Source: Burkholderiales bacterium
GTDB taxonomy: Bacteria; Pseudomonadota; Gammaproteobacteria; Burkholderiales; SG8-41
Length of the DNA stretch: 57,137 bases
Direction: 5' to 3'
NCBI GenBank assembly: GCA_046313915.1
Contig: JBKBXX010000005.1
Span: forward strand, 1 to 57,137
In this document: positions 43,146 through 53,831 of the stretch, piece by piece
Numbering within the stretch: position 1 is the first letter of the stretch
How the letters are laid out: each line of letters starts with the position of its first letter
Made by a program: the position numbers and the translations under genes
The notes under the pieces: model-generated
Told to the model about the DNA's origin: nothing
The model's input: only the letters and a program-made list of their open reading frames with translations
Database searches by the model: none

Positions 43146-43917
43146 GCCCGTTGCCTTCCGCGGAAGCATCGATTTGCCAATAGCTGCGACGTACTTCAGG
43201 ATGCCGCAGGCATTCCTCGTATCCGCCATCGGCGATGATGCGGCCCTCGTGCATCACGGTGAGCCTCTGGACAAAATCCTTCACATGGGAAATCTTGTGT
43301 TCCACGATCAGGATGGTCTGCCTGCCGACATGCTTTGCCAGCACTTCCAGGATGCTCCTGATTTCGGATTCGGCGAGTCCCGCCAGCGGCTCGTCGAGCA
43401 ACAGCACTTCCGGCTCGGCCAGTACCGCCATGGCGATTTCCAGGCGTCTTTTTTCACCCAGACTCAGATGCTTGACCTGCCGGTCGCGCACATTCTGCAG
43501 GTCAAAGGTTTCCAGTGTGGCGACGATTTTGTCTTCGCCGCGGTGTTTCCTGCAGGTGTTGAACAGCAGGTGCAGCAGCGATGATTTTCTGTGGGCCCTG
43601 AAAAACGCGAGCACCAGATTATCGACCACGCTCAGATTGTCGAACGTCGAAGTCAGTTGGAAAGTGCGCATCAGGCCGCGGGCGACCCTCTGCTGGGGCG
43701 TGAGGCGGGTGATGTCTTCGCCCTTGTGCAGTATGGTTCCTGCGTCGGGGAGGTGATAACCGGTCAACAGGTTGAAAAAAGTGGTTTTGCCGGCGCCGTT
43801 GGAGCCGATGATCCCGGCGACTTCGTTTTGCCGCAGGCAATAGTGAACCTGATCGACGGCGATCATTGCGCCGAAGCGTTTGGTGACGCCCTCGGCCCTG
43901 ATGATTTCAGTGCTCAA
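43135..43917 (-). CDS. HAAT ABC ATPase, LivG-like
   Basis: GSNGAGKTTFFN, RTFQ, LLLDEPLAGL, VEH. Confidence 0.9.
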   Translation of the reverse strand: MSTEIIRAEGVTKRFGAMIAVDQVHYCLRQNEVAGIIGSNGAGKTTFFNLLTGYHLPDAGTILHKGEDITRLTPQQRVARGLMRTFQLTSTFDNLSVVDNLVLAFFRAHRKSSLLHLLFNTCRKHRGEDKIVATLETFDLQNVRDRQVKHLSLGEKRRLEIAMAVLAEPEVLLLDEPLAGLAESEIRSILEVLAKHVGRQTILIVEHKISHVKDFVQRLTVMHEGRIIADGGYEECLRHPEVRRSYWQIDASAEGNGHDG

Positions 43918-44008
43918 TGCTGTGCTCGCAGGCCGACGTCACCGCATCCCGCCCCGGCGGGGAAAACCTGCTTGCCGGGGCGGGGCCGTGCAAGATGAGG
44001 CACGGATT

Positions 44009-45253
44009 TCAGTAACCGAGAGACTTGAGCGTCGGCATCACCGTTTCGCCGCCGACCGAGCCCATGACCGTGAAAAGATCCCACTCGTTCTTGCGATCCT
44101 TGGGCGCCTTGCCCTTCACCAGGAAGGCGGCGTGCTTGTATTCGGCGGCGTGGTCTTCGCGCCACCGCGCCGGTCCCTTGACCGTATTGAACTGGCCTTT
44201 GTTTGCCATCAGGGCAGCGGAAACCTTTTTCGGATCGAAGGATTTCGCAGCCTCGAACCCCCTGAACATTTCCATGTAGGCGATGTAGGCGATCGTCGCA
44301 TAGGCATCGGGCGGCCGCTTATATTTGGCACGGTAGAGATCGGTGAATTCCTTGGCGCTTTTTGCCACTTCCTTGTCCGGAAAGTCGGCGAGGTCATAGT
44401 AAAAATAGTGCATCGAATAGACGCCTTCGAGCGCTTCGGGCGGCAGGCCTTTGGCGACGACGTTGGTGATGAAGGCGTTGAAAATGGTCATCTCCTTGTT
44501 GAGCCCGGTCTGGTGCACTTGTTTCAGCAGCGCGACCGCGTCGGCGGCGAACTGCGCCGAAATGAAGACGTCGGGCTTGGCGGCCCGGACTTTCTGCAGC
44601 ACGGTGGTGTAATCGCTGGTTCCCAGAGAAACTTCGTCATAGCCGACGATCTCGCCGCCGTACTCCTTGGCCGCGGCGGTGGCGCCATCGCGCATGTCCC
44701 AGCCCCAGCTGTCGGCGCGGGCCAGGAAGAAGATGCGCTTCTTGCCCAGCGTCTTGATCGCCGCCTGACCCGCCATGTAACCCACCGTCCAGGGGCTGTA
44801 GGCGGTGGCGAAAGTGGAATCGGCGAGCTTGCCTTTCTGGAAAGCTTCCTTGGCCATCACGCACACCGGGAAATAGGGCAGCGGCTCCTTGCTCACCATG
44901 GCATTGATCGCATATGCGAGCGGCGCCCAGGTCTGGCCGCCGAGGCCTTTGACCCCTTCCGAGACCATGTAGCGGAAACGCCGCACGCCCACGTCCTGCT
45001 TGGCCTCGTCGTCGGCAACGACGCCTTCCACCATGACTTTGCCGCCGGGCATGTCGAGACCGCCTTTTTTGTTGACGACGTCGATCGCGAGCAGCGCGCC
45101 TTCTTTCTGGGTTTCGGCGACCGCCGCGAAGGTCCCGGTCAGGGGCAGCAGGATCCCCACTTTGATTTTGGCGGGCTCGGCGGCAATCGCCGTGCCGTAA
45201 CCAAAAGCGCTGCAAAGCACAAGAATCAGCAACGAATTCAGAAGCTTTTTCAT
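44009..45253 (-). CDS. HAAT ABC substrate-binding protein (LivK/J fold)
   Basis: Signal peptide; IKVGILLPLTG.FA; DYTTVLQKVRAAKPDV. Confidence 0.9.
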   Translation of the reverse strand: MKKLLNSLLILVLCSAFGYGTAIAAEPAKIKVGILLPLTGTFAAVAETQKEGALLAIDVVNKKGGLDMPGGKVMVEGVVADDEAKQDVGVRRFRYMVSEGVKGLGGQTWAPLAYAINAMVSKEPLPYFPVCVMAKEAFQKGKLADSTFATAYSPWTVGYMAGQAAIKTLGKKRIFFLARADSWGWDMRDGATAAAKEYGGEIVGYDEVSLGTSDYTTVLQKVRAAKPDVFISAQFAADAVALLKQVHQTGLNKEMTIFNAFITNVVAKGLPPEALEGVYSMHYFYYDLADFPDKEVAKSAKEFTDLYRAKYKRPPDAYATIAYIAYMEMFRGFEAAKSFDPKKVSAALMANKGQFNTVKGPARWREDHAAEYKHAAFLVKGKAPKDRKNEWDLFTVMGSVGGETVMPTLKSLGY

Positions 45254-45419
45254 TTTTGCCTCTCGATGGTGATGTGACGGAGACGTGCCGAAACGAGCGG
45301 GCGACTGCGGCCCATGGACTCCCCCTTTTTATGATGGATTTCTTGTGGCGAATAATGCCACGCCTGATTTTATGGCGTCAACAATCCGCTGCCCGTGAGG
45401 GCCGGTTGGGCGCACGTTT

Positions 45420-45433
45420 TTGATGGAGGTCAA
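45420..45433. promoter_or_regulatory. FNR/CRP-family-like box
   Basis: TTGAT-GGAG-GTCAA, one mismatch from TTGAT-N4-ATCAA; about 170 bp upstream of the SBP gene. Confidence 0.45.
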
Positions 45434-45438
45434 GAGAA

Positions 45439-47574
45439 TCAGGCGGTGAGCCGGCGGTAGATTCCGGCGACTTTGAGCGGCAGGCGCGCAACATCGTCCA
45501 CCAGTGTCCAGTTGACCTCGCCGTACATGTGCGGCAGATAATCACGCGCTTCGCGGTCTATGGTGATGCAGAAAGGCTTGATGCCGGCGCGGTGGGCTTC
45601 GGCGAGCGCCTGCCGCGTGTCCTCGATGCCGTATTCGCCACGGTAGTGATCGCTGTAATCGTCGGGCTTGCCGTCGGAGAGCGTGATCAGGAGTTTGGTG
45701 CGCGCCTCGACCTGGTTCAAGAGCATCGTGAGATGACGGATCGCCGCACCCATGCGCGTATAATCCTGGGGCCGGATGCCGGCGATCCTGCTTTTTACCG
45801 TGGCGCCGTAAGGTTCGTCGAAACGTTTGACGCGGAAGATCTCGCAGCGTTTGCGCGTGATGCCCGAAAAACCGTAGATTGCGTAACGGTCGCCCAGCAC
45901 TTCCAGCGCTTCGCACAGCATCGCCAGGGCTTCGCGCTCGGCATCGTTGATCCAGCCCTTGGTCGAGCCGCTCATGTCGATCATGAACATCACCGCGAGA
46001 TCGCGCTCGGCCTTGTGGCGCCTGACAAACAAACGTTCGGCGAGTTCCATGCCGCTTTTCATGTCGGCATAAGCCGCGATCACGGCGTCGAGGTCGATGT
46101 CGTCGCCGTGCGGCTGTTTCCTGAGCAGCCTGTCCTCGCCGCGCAGCAGCTCGAAAGTGCGCTTCAGCTGTGCCACCTGCGGCGAATACCTGGCGAGCGT
46201 GGCATCGACAAAAGCGGCATCGCCGGGATGCACGTCGAGCTCGCGCAGCACGCACCAGTTCTTGCGGTAATGGCGGCGTCTGCAATCCCACTCGTTGTAG
46301 AGGAAGGCGCCTTCTTCGTGATAGACCCCTTTCCAGACATCCGCCGGATCCTGTTCTGCGCGCCGGCTCTGCTGGTAGTCGCCAGCGCCCGCCGGCGTCA
46401 GATAGTCGTCGGGGATCTCTCCCAGATCCTGCAGGATGGAGTGCATGAGCTGGCTGACGTTCGCGGGCGGGGCGAGCGGTTCGCCATCGAGCACGAGCTG
46501 GTGAGCCGGGCCATCGTGCGTCACGGAAGACGCGATGGTTTGGACCGAAAAGCGCTCCGCGCCGGGGCGACGTGCCGGGCTGCTGCCGTCCCTGGCTTCG
46601 AGCAGCTGCGCCAGCGCCGACCGGAACTCGGCTTTCTCTCTCGCAAGGCGCGTCTCGCGTACCGCCGCGGCCTGCTCGGGATGCAAAGCCGGGCTGTAAC
46701 AGTAGTGCGCGGCAACCATGTCGGCGTAGACCCGCGAGAGCAGCGCGATGCTGTCGTTGACGGTCGCGGCGGGATCGGCAAGTGACGTGCTGCGGGGGTC
46801 GGCAGAGGCGTTTTCCCGCAGTTTTTCCATTTCACGTGCCAGCCCCGGCAGTGCGCGCGCAATGCACGCTTCGAGCCGGACGGTTTCGAGCGAGTTGAGC
46901 AACGCCAGTGCGCGCTGGGGATCGGGATATCGCGCACACGCCGCGGCGAGATCGACGTTGAACGTGCCGAATCGTCCCTGGGCCCACAGCAGTGTCGCTA
47001 TCGCCTTGTAAATAAAGAAGTTTTCTTCACGGCTCGGGCCCAGCGCGATGCGCGGCGGCAAAAACAGCGTTTCGGTATCGGTATAGGCGTGGGCCGCGGC
47101 AGCGAGCCGCAGGCGCCGCCCCGAGAGGCCGCAGACGAAAAGTTGCAATACCTGCACGACCTCTTCGAAGGACACGGCCGTGTCGGCCTGGCGCGAGCAC
47201 GCGGCGAATTCGCCGACGTTCTTGAAAACGGCGCTGCCGCGGTAGAGACCTTCGCGGTCGTAAGTGTCCATGGCGGCGATGATCCAGCTTTCGGCGGCGG
47301 CGAGATCGAGGCGTGCCAACGCATCCGGCGCGGCGGCGGCGAACTGATAGGCCATTTCGGCATTGGTGCGGGCGATGATCGCCACCCAGTGCAGAACGAA
47401 ATCCTGCCGCGCACGCTCGAGCCGTGCGAGCGCCGCAGCGAGTCCCGCCGCAGTGCGGCGCGAGGAAAGAACCGGATCGAGCAGCTCGTCGAGCCGTTCT
47501 TCGAGGACGGGCGCGGGCAGGGGGCTCGCGGCGGCCGTCCGCGACGGCTCAGAAGAGCGAGGCGGCGAGCTCAT
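45439..47574 (-). CDS. CbbO/NorD-like VWA-domain protein
   Basis: YNEWD...Y...WC.L.E; MIDAS DMSGST...[10 protein letters not shown]...LSDGKP; overlaps the ATPase stop. Confidence 0.88.
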   Translation of the reverse strand: MSSPPRSSEPSRTAAASPLPAPVLEERLDELLDPVLSSRRTAAGLAAALARLERARQDFVLHWVAIIARTNAEMAYQFAAAAPDALARLDLAAAESWIIAAMDTYDREGLYRGSAVFKNVGEFAACSRQADTAVSFEEVVQVLQLFVCGLSGRRLRLAAAAHAYTDTETLFLPPRIALGPSREENFFIYKAIATLLWAQGRFGTFNVDLAAACARYPDPQRALALLNSLETVRLEACIARALPGLAREMEKLRENASADPRSTSLADPAATVNDSIALLSRVYADMVAAHYCYSPALHPEQAAAVRETRLAREKAEFRSALAQLLEARDGSSPARRPGAERFSVQTIASSVTHDGPAHQLVLDGEPLAPPANVSQLMHSILQDLGEIPDDYLTPAGAGDYQQSRRAEQDPADVWKGVYHEEGAFLYNEWDCRRRHYRKNWCVLRELDVHPGDAAFVDATLARYSPQVAQLKRTFELLRGEDRLLRKQPHGDDIDLDAVIAAYADMKSGMELAERLFVRRHKAERDLAVMFMIDMSGSTKGWINDAEREALAMLCEALEVLGDRYAIYGFSGITRKRCEIFRVKRFDEPYGATVKSRIAGIRPQDYTRMGAAIRHLTMLLNQVEARTKLLITLSDGKPDDYSDHYRGEYGIEDTRQALAEAHRAGIKPFCITIDREARDYLPHMYGEVNWTLVDDVARLPLKVAGIYRRLTA

Positions 47575-48382
47575 TGATCGCCCGCAGCATTTCGGGATCG
47601 TCGGAGAGCGCTTCGGCGATGGCGCCGCTGCACGCGGTGCCGGGCGCGATGCCGCGCATCATCAGCTTGGCGGCATGCACCAGCAGCCGCGTCGAGGCGC
47701 CTTCGTCGAGGCCGTTGCCTTTGAGATTGCGCGTCATGTGGGCGAGTCTGATCAGCCTGTCGGCGCCGGCTTCGTCGAGACCGCTCTCGGTCATGATGAT
47801 TTTCTTTTCGAGCGCGGCGGCAGGATAGCCGAACTCGATGGCGACGAAGCGCTGGCGGGTGCTTTGCTTCAACTCCTTCAGCACACTCTGATAGCCGGGG
47901 TTGTACGACATCGTCAACACGAACTCGGCAGGCGCCTGCAGCAGTTCGCCGCGTTTTTCCATCGGCAGGATGCGGCGATCGTCGGCGAGCGGGTGAATGA
48001 CGACGGTGGTGTCCTTGCGCGCTTCGACTACTTCGTCGAGGTAGCAGATGCCGCCGCAACGCACCGCGCGCGCGAGCGGCCCGTCGACCCAGACGGTTTC
48101 GTTGTTGGTGATCAGATAGCGGCCGACCAGGTCGGAAGCGGTGAGATCATCGTGGCAGGAAACCGTGATCAGCGGGCGCCTGAGTCGCCACGCCATGTAT
48201 TCCATGAAGCGCGTCTTGCCGCAGCCGGTCGGGCCTTTGAGCAGTACCGGAATCCGGCTCGCGTAAGCGGCTTCGAACAGTGCGATTTCATCGCCGACAG
48301 GCTCGTAGTACGGCTCTTTTTCGATCAGATGCGATTCGGGCTTGAGCACCCGGGCATGGAAAGACGCGACTTTTGACGTCAT
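47549..48382 (-). CDS. CbbQ/NirQ/NorQ (MoxR) AAA+ ATPase
   Basis: [46 protein letters not shown]. Confidence 0.92.
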   Translation of the reverse strand: MTSKVASFHARVLKPESHLIEKEPYYEPVGDEIALFEAAYASRIPVLLKGPTGCGKTRFMEYMAWRLRRPLITVSCHDDLTASDLVGRYLITNNETVWVDGPLARAVRCGGICYLDEVVEARKDTTVVIHPLADDRRILPMEKRGELLQAPAEFVLTMSYNPGYQSVLKELKQSTRQRFVAIEFGYPAAALEKKIIMTESGLDEAGADRLIRLAHMTRNLKGNGLDEGASTRLLVHAAKLMMRGIAPGTACSGAIAEALSDDPEMLRAINELAASLF

Positions 48383-48440
48383 GTCGAAAACCTGGAATCG
48401 GCGTTTATCGGCGGCTGAGAATCTGGTTTTTGAGACAGAC

Positions 48441-49337
48441 CTAGTCGCCGAGCGACTCGTAGAGCTTGTCCTGGGCATCGGCCAGTTCTGCGGCCTTGTC
48501 GGTCGGTGCCAGCGCCTTGCGCTGTTTATAGCGCTCGATGCGCTTGTGCGAAGCATCGGGTTTGAGAGGTATGGTTTTCTCGCCAAACAACGTCTGTTTC
48601 AAAAGCCGAAAGCCGAACTTGAGCAGTTTCACCTCGTCGTGCATCAGCGCCTGCTTGAATGCGGGTTCCAGGTCGAACACTTCGTCGAAGCCGGCACTGG
48701 CCACGAATGCGCGGAAGCCGTCGAGGTCATAACTTGCCAGAAAGAACAGCTCGAAACTGCGTTGCGAAGGCTTGCCGACGGTGGGACCGGCGGAGCGCTT
48801 CTTAAGGATGATCTGTCGCCATTCGCGGTTGATCTCGTCGTACTCGTCTACGCCCTGATCGTGGCGGTACTCGCCGACCGTCTGCACTACCGGTTCCTGG
48901 TGGCCGAGGCAGTGATCTTCCCGGACGACGAAATAGCCGTCCTCTTCGGCAGGGGAATCTTTTTTCCGCATCGACACCAGCCCCAGCGCGTAATAGCGGC
49001 AGGCGGCGGGGCGATCGGTGTAGACGCCGCAGCCTTCGGCGGTGAGATGGATGCACGCAGTCGAACCGTCGCGGGTCCGCAGCTTGAGTCCCGGCATGCC
49101 GTGCCCATCCATGGCGAAATCCATGGTATAGGTATCGATGAATTCACGCGAAGTGATGCCGAAGCGGCGCTTGAGCCGCAGCACGTCGTATGGCGTGAGC
49201 AGGATGTCGCTATTCTCGCAGCACTTGTTGAAACAGGCGATGCCTTTGTGGCAACGGAACTGGAACTTGTCATCGAGGCCGAGCTGAACCGGGATGATGG
49301 GGCTGGCAGGCGCCGATTGGTCTGAAGCATTGCTCAT
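48441..49337 (-). CDS. YkgJ-family (CxxCxxCC-like) cysteine-cluster protein
   Basis: [22 protein letters not shown]...GC.VY.DRP..CR.Y, HCLG. Confidence 0.85.
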   Translation of the reverse strand: MSNASDQSAPASPIIPVQLGLDDKFQFRCHKGIACFNKCCENSDILLTPYDVLRLKRRFGITSREFIDTYTMDFAMDGHGMPGLKLRTRDGSTACIHLTAEGCGVYTDRPAACRYYALGLVSMRKKDSPAEEDGYFVVREDHCLGHQEPVVQTVGEYRHDQGVDEYDEINREWRQIILKKRSAGPTVGKPSQRSFELFFLASYDLDGFRAFVASAGFDEVFDLEPAFKQALMHDEVKLLKFGFRLLKQTLFGEKTIPLKPDASHKRIERYKQRKALAPTDKAAELADAQDKLYESLGD

Positions 49338-49384
49338 ATACGGTCACGGAAAATCTGGGCGGCATTACGATCACGCCACCGCTG

Positions 49385-49430
49385 AAAAAAAACACAGAGG
49401 CCCGGATGCATTATACATCCGGGCCTCTGT
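49385..49430 (-). terminator. Rho-independent terminator after aprA
   Basis: 15-bp perfect stem (49394-49408 with 49416-49430), 7-nt loop, then an 8-U run on the minus strand. Confidence 0.88.
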
Positions 49431-49455
49431 AGCGGTTATATTGCCGCTTTGTGCC

Positions 49456-51372
49456 TCAGTCCTTGATCAGCTGCACGTAGGGCTCTTTCCACAGCTTCCA
49501 CTTCCTGGTCTCGCGGTCGTACTGCGAATTGGTGAAGCACTTCCAGTTCTGGTCGTCGACGTAATTGAAGTCGGTGCGATAGTAGTAGCCGGGATAGCGT
49601 GTTTCTTCACGGAACTGGATGTGTTTCATGTGGCACTCGGCGGCGATGATGCGGTGATAGTTTTCCCAGGCGCGCAGCAGTTCGTGCAGATCCTTGGCGC
49701 GCATCTTGAGCGAGTCTTCTTTGATCATCTCGAGTTTTTTCTCGCAGATCTCGAGCATCTTCGCGTTCGTCTGGTACCAGGTTGAAACGCCCGCGCAGTA
49801 TTCGTCCATGATTTTCTGCAGCCGGAACTGCAGCATCTTGGGCGTGATGTAATGCGGGTTGACGTCGATCGCCGTGGTGTAGTCCTTGTGCTGCAGGAAG
49901 GTTTTCACCGGACGGTAGATTTCCTCGACCAGGTCCTGCACGCTGCGGGACAGTTCGGGTTTCCAGTCCTTGTTGTCGAGTGCGAACTTGACCATTGCCT
50001 TGGCGGCGATCCGGCCTTCGACATGCGAGCCCGAAGAAAACTTGTGGCCGGAGGCGCCGACGCCGTCGCCGGCGGTGAACAGGCCTTTGACGGTGGTCAT
50101 GCGATTGTAGCCCCACGACCACTCCTTCGGCGCGCCCGGAATGTCGGTCGGTCCCGAGACCCAGATGCCGGCGCAGCCCGCGTGCGAGCCGAGCAGGTAG
50201 GGCTCGGTCGGCATGATCTCGGAAGGCTGTTTGTCGGGCTCGATGTTCTCGCCAGCCCAGATGCCGCACTGGGCGATGGTCATGTCGAGGAAGTCTTCCC
50301 AGGCTTCGGCTTCGAGATGCTTGACTTCCTTCGGCGTCATTTTTTCCGCCAGCCGTGCCATGGCCCCCGGCGTGTCCATCAGGATCGGGCCGCGGCCTTC
50401 CTTCATCTCGTTCAGCATGATGTGGTTGCGCAGGCAGGTGCCGGGCACGCCTTGGCCATATTTGCCGAAGCGCTTCTCGTCCTTGATGAGGTGGCCGTTG
50501 ATCTTGTTGTAATCTTCGCCGGCGCCGTTCATCACCTGCGCCTTGAACAGCAGGAACCAGGCGCCGACGGGGCCGTAGCCGTCCTTGAAGCGCGCCGGCA
50601 CGAAACGGTTTTCCATCATGGTCATGGTGGCGCCGCACTCGGCGGCCATGGCGTAGGTGGAGCCGGCGTTCCACACCGGGTACCACGCGCGGCCCACGCC
50701 TTCGCCGATCGAACGCGGACGGAATACGTTGACAGCGCCGCCGCACACCAGCAGGCAGCATTTGAATTTGTAGATGTAGAGCTTGTGTTCGCGCACCGAG
50801 AAGCCCGCCGCGCCGGCAACGCGATTGGGGTCGTTCTTGTCGGTGACCATGCGCACGATGAACACGCGTTCCTGGATGTTTTCGACGCCGAGTGCTTTTT
50901 TCGCGGCTTCGGCGACGATCCATTTATAGGATTCGCCGTTGATCATGATCTGCCATTTGCCCGAGCGCACCGGCTTGCCGCCTTCCGAGAGCTTCTTGTC
51001 CTCGTCGCCGGGCTGTTTCCAGATCGGCAGCCCCCACTCCTCGAAGTTGTGCACCGAATCGTCGACGTGCCGGCCGACGTCATAAACCAGGTCTTCGCGG
51101 ATGATGCCCATCAGATCGTTGCGCACATAACGCACGTAGTCGGCGGGGTCGTTTTCCCCCATGTAGGTATTGATCGCCGATAGTCCCTGCGCCACGGCGC
51201 CCGAGCGATCCATCGCCGCCTTGTCGACCAGCTTGATCTTCAGCCCCTTGCCCTCGGCCCAGCGCATGACCTCGAATGCCGCGCCGCAGGCGGCCATGCC
51301 GCCGCCGATGATCAGGATATCGACCTCTTCCTCGATGATCTCCGGGTTTCCGAATCCGAATTGTTCTGCCAT
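49456..51372 (-). CDS. aprA: Adenylylsulfate (APS) reductase alpha subunit
   Basis: IIGGGMAACG, RSGAVAQGLSAINTY, WQIMINGESYK, ARFKDGYGPVGAW, GHKFSSGSH. Confidence 0.97.
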   Translation of the reverse strand: MAEQFGFGNPEIIEEEVDILIIGGGMAACGAAFEVMRWAEGKGLKIKLVDKAAMDRSGAVAQGLSAINTYMGENDPADYVRYVRNDLMGIIREDLVYDVGRHVDDSVHNFEEWGLPIWKQPGDEDKKLSEGGKPVRSGKWQIMINGESYKWIVAEAAKKALGVENIQERVFIVRMVTDKNDPNRVAGAAGFSVREHKLYIYKFKCCLLVCGGAVNVFRPRSIGEGVGRAWYPVWNAGSTYAMAAECGATMTMMENRFVPARFKDGYGPVGAWFLLFKAQVMNGAGEDYNKINGHLIKDEKRFGKYGQGVPGTCLRNHIMLNEMKEGRGPILMDTPGAMARLAEKMTPKEVKHLEAEAWEDFLDMTIAQCGIWAGENIEPDKQPSEIMPTEPYLLGSHAGCAGIWVSGPTDIPGAPKEWSWGYNRMTTVKGLFTAGDGVGASGHKFSSGSHVEGRIAAKAMVKFALDNKDWKPELSRSVQDLVEEIYRPVKTFLQHKDYTTAIDVNPHYITPKMLQFRLQKIMDEYCAGVSTWYQTNAKMLEICEKKLEMIKEDSLKMRAKDLHELLRAWENYHRIIAAECHMKHIQFREETRYPGYYYRTDFNYVDDQNWKCFTNSQYDRETRKWKLWKEPYVQLIKD

Positions 51373-51444
51373 TGCCTGATTCCTCTATCTGGGCCTTGTC
51401 ACCGGCTTCGCGCGGCAACCTCGGCCCGGGTTGACGAAAGTGTT

Positions 51445-51909
51445 TCAGCGATTGATGAACTGCGACATGTCGCACTTGTGCGTGCCGTGCGTGAAAAGCG
51501 TCGCATGCTCGCCGATTTCCTTGAGGTCGGCGGCGGGCTTGTTGCCGTAGGGATTGATCGAGCCCTCGGCGGTGGTGCGGATCGGGAATTTGAAGCGTTT
51601 CATCTGGCCGTTGCGGAATTTGATGGTCCACATGATCGAGTCGGAGCCGCGCAGCGGCTGCACCGACGCGCCCATCGGCACCACGTCGGCGTAGTGGCGG
51701 ACTTCGATCGCGTTCTGCGGGCAGATCTTGACGCAGGAATAGCATTCCCAGCACTGCTCGGGTTCCTGGTTGAAGGCTTTCATCGGGTGCCCGGTATGGG
51801 ACCCGTCCTTGTCGAGCAGCATCAGGTCGTGCGGACAGATGTACATGCAGGCGGTCTTGTCCTGTCCCTTGCAGCCGTCACATTTTTCGGTGCGCACAAA
51901 AGTGGGCAT
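51445..51909 (-). CDS. aprB: APS reductase beta subunit (2x[4Fe-4S])
   Basis: CDGCKGQDKTACMYICP, CWECYSCVKICP, KRFKFPIRTT. Confidence 0.97.
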   Translation of the reverse strand: MPTFVRTEKCDGCKGQDKTACMYICPHDLMLLDKDGSHTGHPMKAFNQEPEQCWECYSCVKICPQNAIEVRHYADVVPMGASVQPLRGSDSIMWTIKFRNGQMKRFKFPIRTTAEGSINPYGNKPAADLKEIGEHATLFTHGTHKCDMSQFINR

Positions 51910-52007
51910 GAAGTCTCTCCTTTAATTGAATGTTCAGTGTCTGGTGTTGGGTTGTATATGAACGCTGTTGCCGGCAATCACAAACTCGACGTTTTTCGAT
52001 ACCTTGT

Positions 52008-53225
52008 TCAGCGCGCCGAATGCCCGGTCAGCTTGACCTCGACCCTGTCCGCGTCCTTGATCGAGGCGTAGTAATCGCGCAGGATGGCGAGCACTTCCGG
52101 CCGGCTGAATTCGGCGGGGACCGCTTCGCCTTCCGACAGCCATTTCCTGAGCTTGGTGCCGGAGACGAGCAGTCGGTCTTTTTCGTCGTGGGGGCAGGTG
52201 CGGGCGGAGGCCATGCCGCCGCACTGGTAGCACCAGAACGTCCAGTCGATCTTGAGCGGCCGGGTTTCCAGGGCGTCGGCAGGAATTTCGTCGAAGATAT
52301 GATGCGCATCGAACGGGCCGTAATAGCTGCCGACGCCGGCGTGGTCGCGTCCCACGATCTGATGCGAACAGCCGTAATTCTGACGGAACAGCGCATGCAG
52401 CAGCGCTTCGCGTGGACCGGCGTAGCGCATGTCGAGCGGATAACCCGACTGCACCACGGTTTTTTTCACGAAGTACTTGTCGATCAGCACGCCGATGGCC
52501 CTGGTGCGCACTTCGGCGGGAATGTCGCCGGGCTTGAGGTTGCCGAGCAACGAGTGCACCAGCACGCCGTCGCAGACCTCGATCGCCACCTTGGCCAGGT
52601 ATTCGTGCGAACGGTGCATCGGGTTGCGCGTCTGGAATGCCGCTACCGTCGACCAGCCGTTTGCCTCGAAAGCGGCGCGGGTCTGCGCCGGCGTCATGAA
52701 CAGCGCGCCGTAGCGCTCGGGGAAGCCGCCCCGGGAAAGCACCTTGATCTCGCCCGCGAGATTCACGTCGCCCTGGGCCATCACCATTTTCACGCCGGGA
52801 TGATCGAGGTCGGTGGTCTTGAACACGGTGGCGCATTCGTGCGCCTTGTTGATTTTGTATTTCTCGGTCACTTTCATGGTGGCGAGAATCCCGCCATCGT
52901 CGGGATCGACGAGCGCAATCTCCTTGCCGGTGTGGAAAGTGGCCGCGGTTGCCTCATCGGTGGACAAGGTGATGGGGATGGGCCAGAACAGGCCGCTCGC
53001 CGTGCGCATGCCGTCGCAGACACCTTGCCAGTCGGCGTGAGTCATGAAGCCGTCGAGCGGTGTGAAGCCGCCGATGCCCAGCATGATGATGTCGCCCTTT
53101 TCGCGCGAGCTGACCGTGATTCGGGGCAGGGAGGCGGCGTGTTTTTTTTCTTCGCTCAGCGCCGCGCCTTCGAGCAGCAGCGGCTTGAGCTTTCCTCCTC
53201 CGTGGGGATTGACCAGTTTCGGCAC
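52008..53225 (-). CDS. sat: Dissimilatory-type sulfate adenylyltransferase (ATP sulfurylase)
   Basis: [33 protein letters not shown]...CPH Zn site, SGTKLR; GTG start with GGAG RBS. Confidence 0.96.
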   Translation of the reverse strand: MPKLVNPHGGGKLKPLLLEGAALSEEKKHAASLPRITVSSREKGDIIMLGIGGFTPLDGFMTHADWQGVCDGMRTASGLFWPIPITLSTDEATAATFHTGKEIALVDPDDGGILATMKVTEKYKINKAHECATVFKTTDLDHPGVKMVMAQGDVNLAGEIKVLSRGGFPERYGALFMTPAQTRAAFEANGWSTVAAFQTRNPMHRSHEYLAKVAIEVCDGVLVHSLLGNLKPGDIPAEVRTRAIGVLIDKYFVKKTVVQSGYPLDMRYAGPREALLHALFRQNYGCSHQIVGRDHAGVGSYYGPFDAHHIFDEIPADALETRPLKIDWTFWCYQCGGMASARTCPHDEKDRLLVSGTKLRKWLSEGEAVPAEFSRPEVLAILRDYYASIKDADRVEVKLTGHSAR

Positions 53226-53340
53226 AAAAGTGCTCCGGAACGAGCGATTATGGATTTTTTGAAGGCTCCGAGATTAGCATGGATGCCCGTGCCGGCCTCA
53301 TCCATTTATTTTATTAGCCGATAAGATTTTTTGGCGGCCC

Positions 53341-53768
53341 GATTGCATTGCGCATCGCGTTTTCCAGCGCACTGTGCAATAGCCGGGCATTTCCGGAAAC
53401 GACAGCGGTTGTGTTCATGTCCGCGTGCAAGTTGCAGCGGCGCGGCTGCGCTTGCGGGGCGGCGTCGGAGGCGACGGTCTGCAGCAGTTCGTCGCTGGTG
53501 AGCGACTCGACAGCGACGGCGATTGTTCGATCAACTCATCCCGACGCTCGGTTTCGCGTTCGATACGGTCGAGCTGGGGGGGGCGGCGTGGGAGGCACTG
53601 CGCTGGCACGCCAGAGCCGGCGCATACCGAGCCCGTTTTCGGCGCGCCTCAGGACGCCACGGATGCGGGCCACCAGCACGGGGGATTGCACGGCTTGGCG
53701 AGATAATCGTCCGCACCCAATTCCACGCCCACGATGCTGGCCGTGTTTTCGCCGCGCACGGTGAGCAT
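53341..53768 (-). pseudogene. Collapsed CpxR/CpxA-like two-component system remnant
   Basis: Receiver fragment MLTVRGE..IVGVELGADDYLAKPCNP, a frameshift, then VLVARIRGVLRR. Kinase fragments follow: MRRLW, QLDRIERETERRDELIEQ, DELLQTVASDA...GNARLLHSALENAMRNAI. Confidence 0.78.
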
Positions 53769-53831
53769 CTTGGGCCGGACATTTTTATGTTGCCACCGCC
53801 GCGGCGGGCAGGCACACTGCTGCCGCCTGTC

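Noticed and set aside
45439-48382. Naming the pair cbbQ/cbbO or norQ/norD
   Set aside because: Family membership is clear, but no RuBisCO or NO-reductase gene is adjacent, so no symbol was assigned.
49456-53225. Interpreting sat-aprBA as sulfate reduction
   Set aside because: The surrounding genes look betaproteobacterial, where this pathway runs oxidatively. Direction cannot be proven from the window alone.
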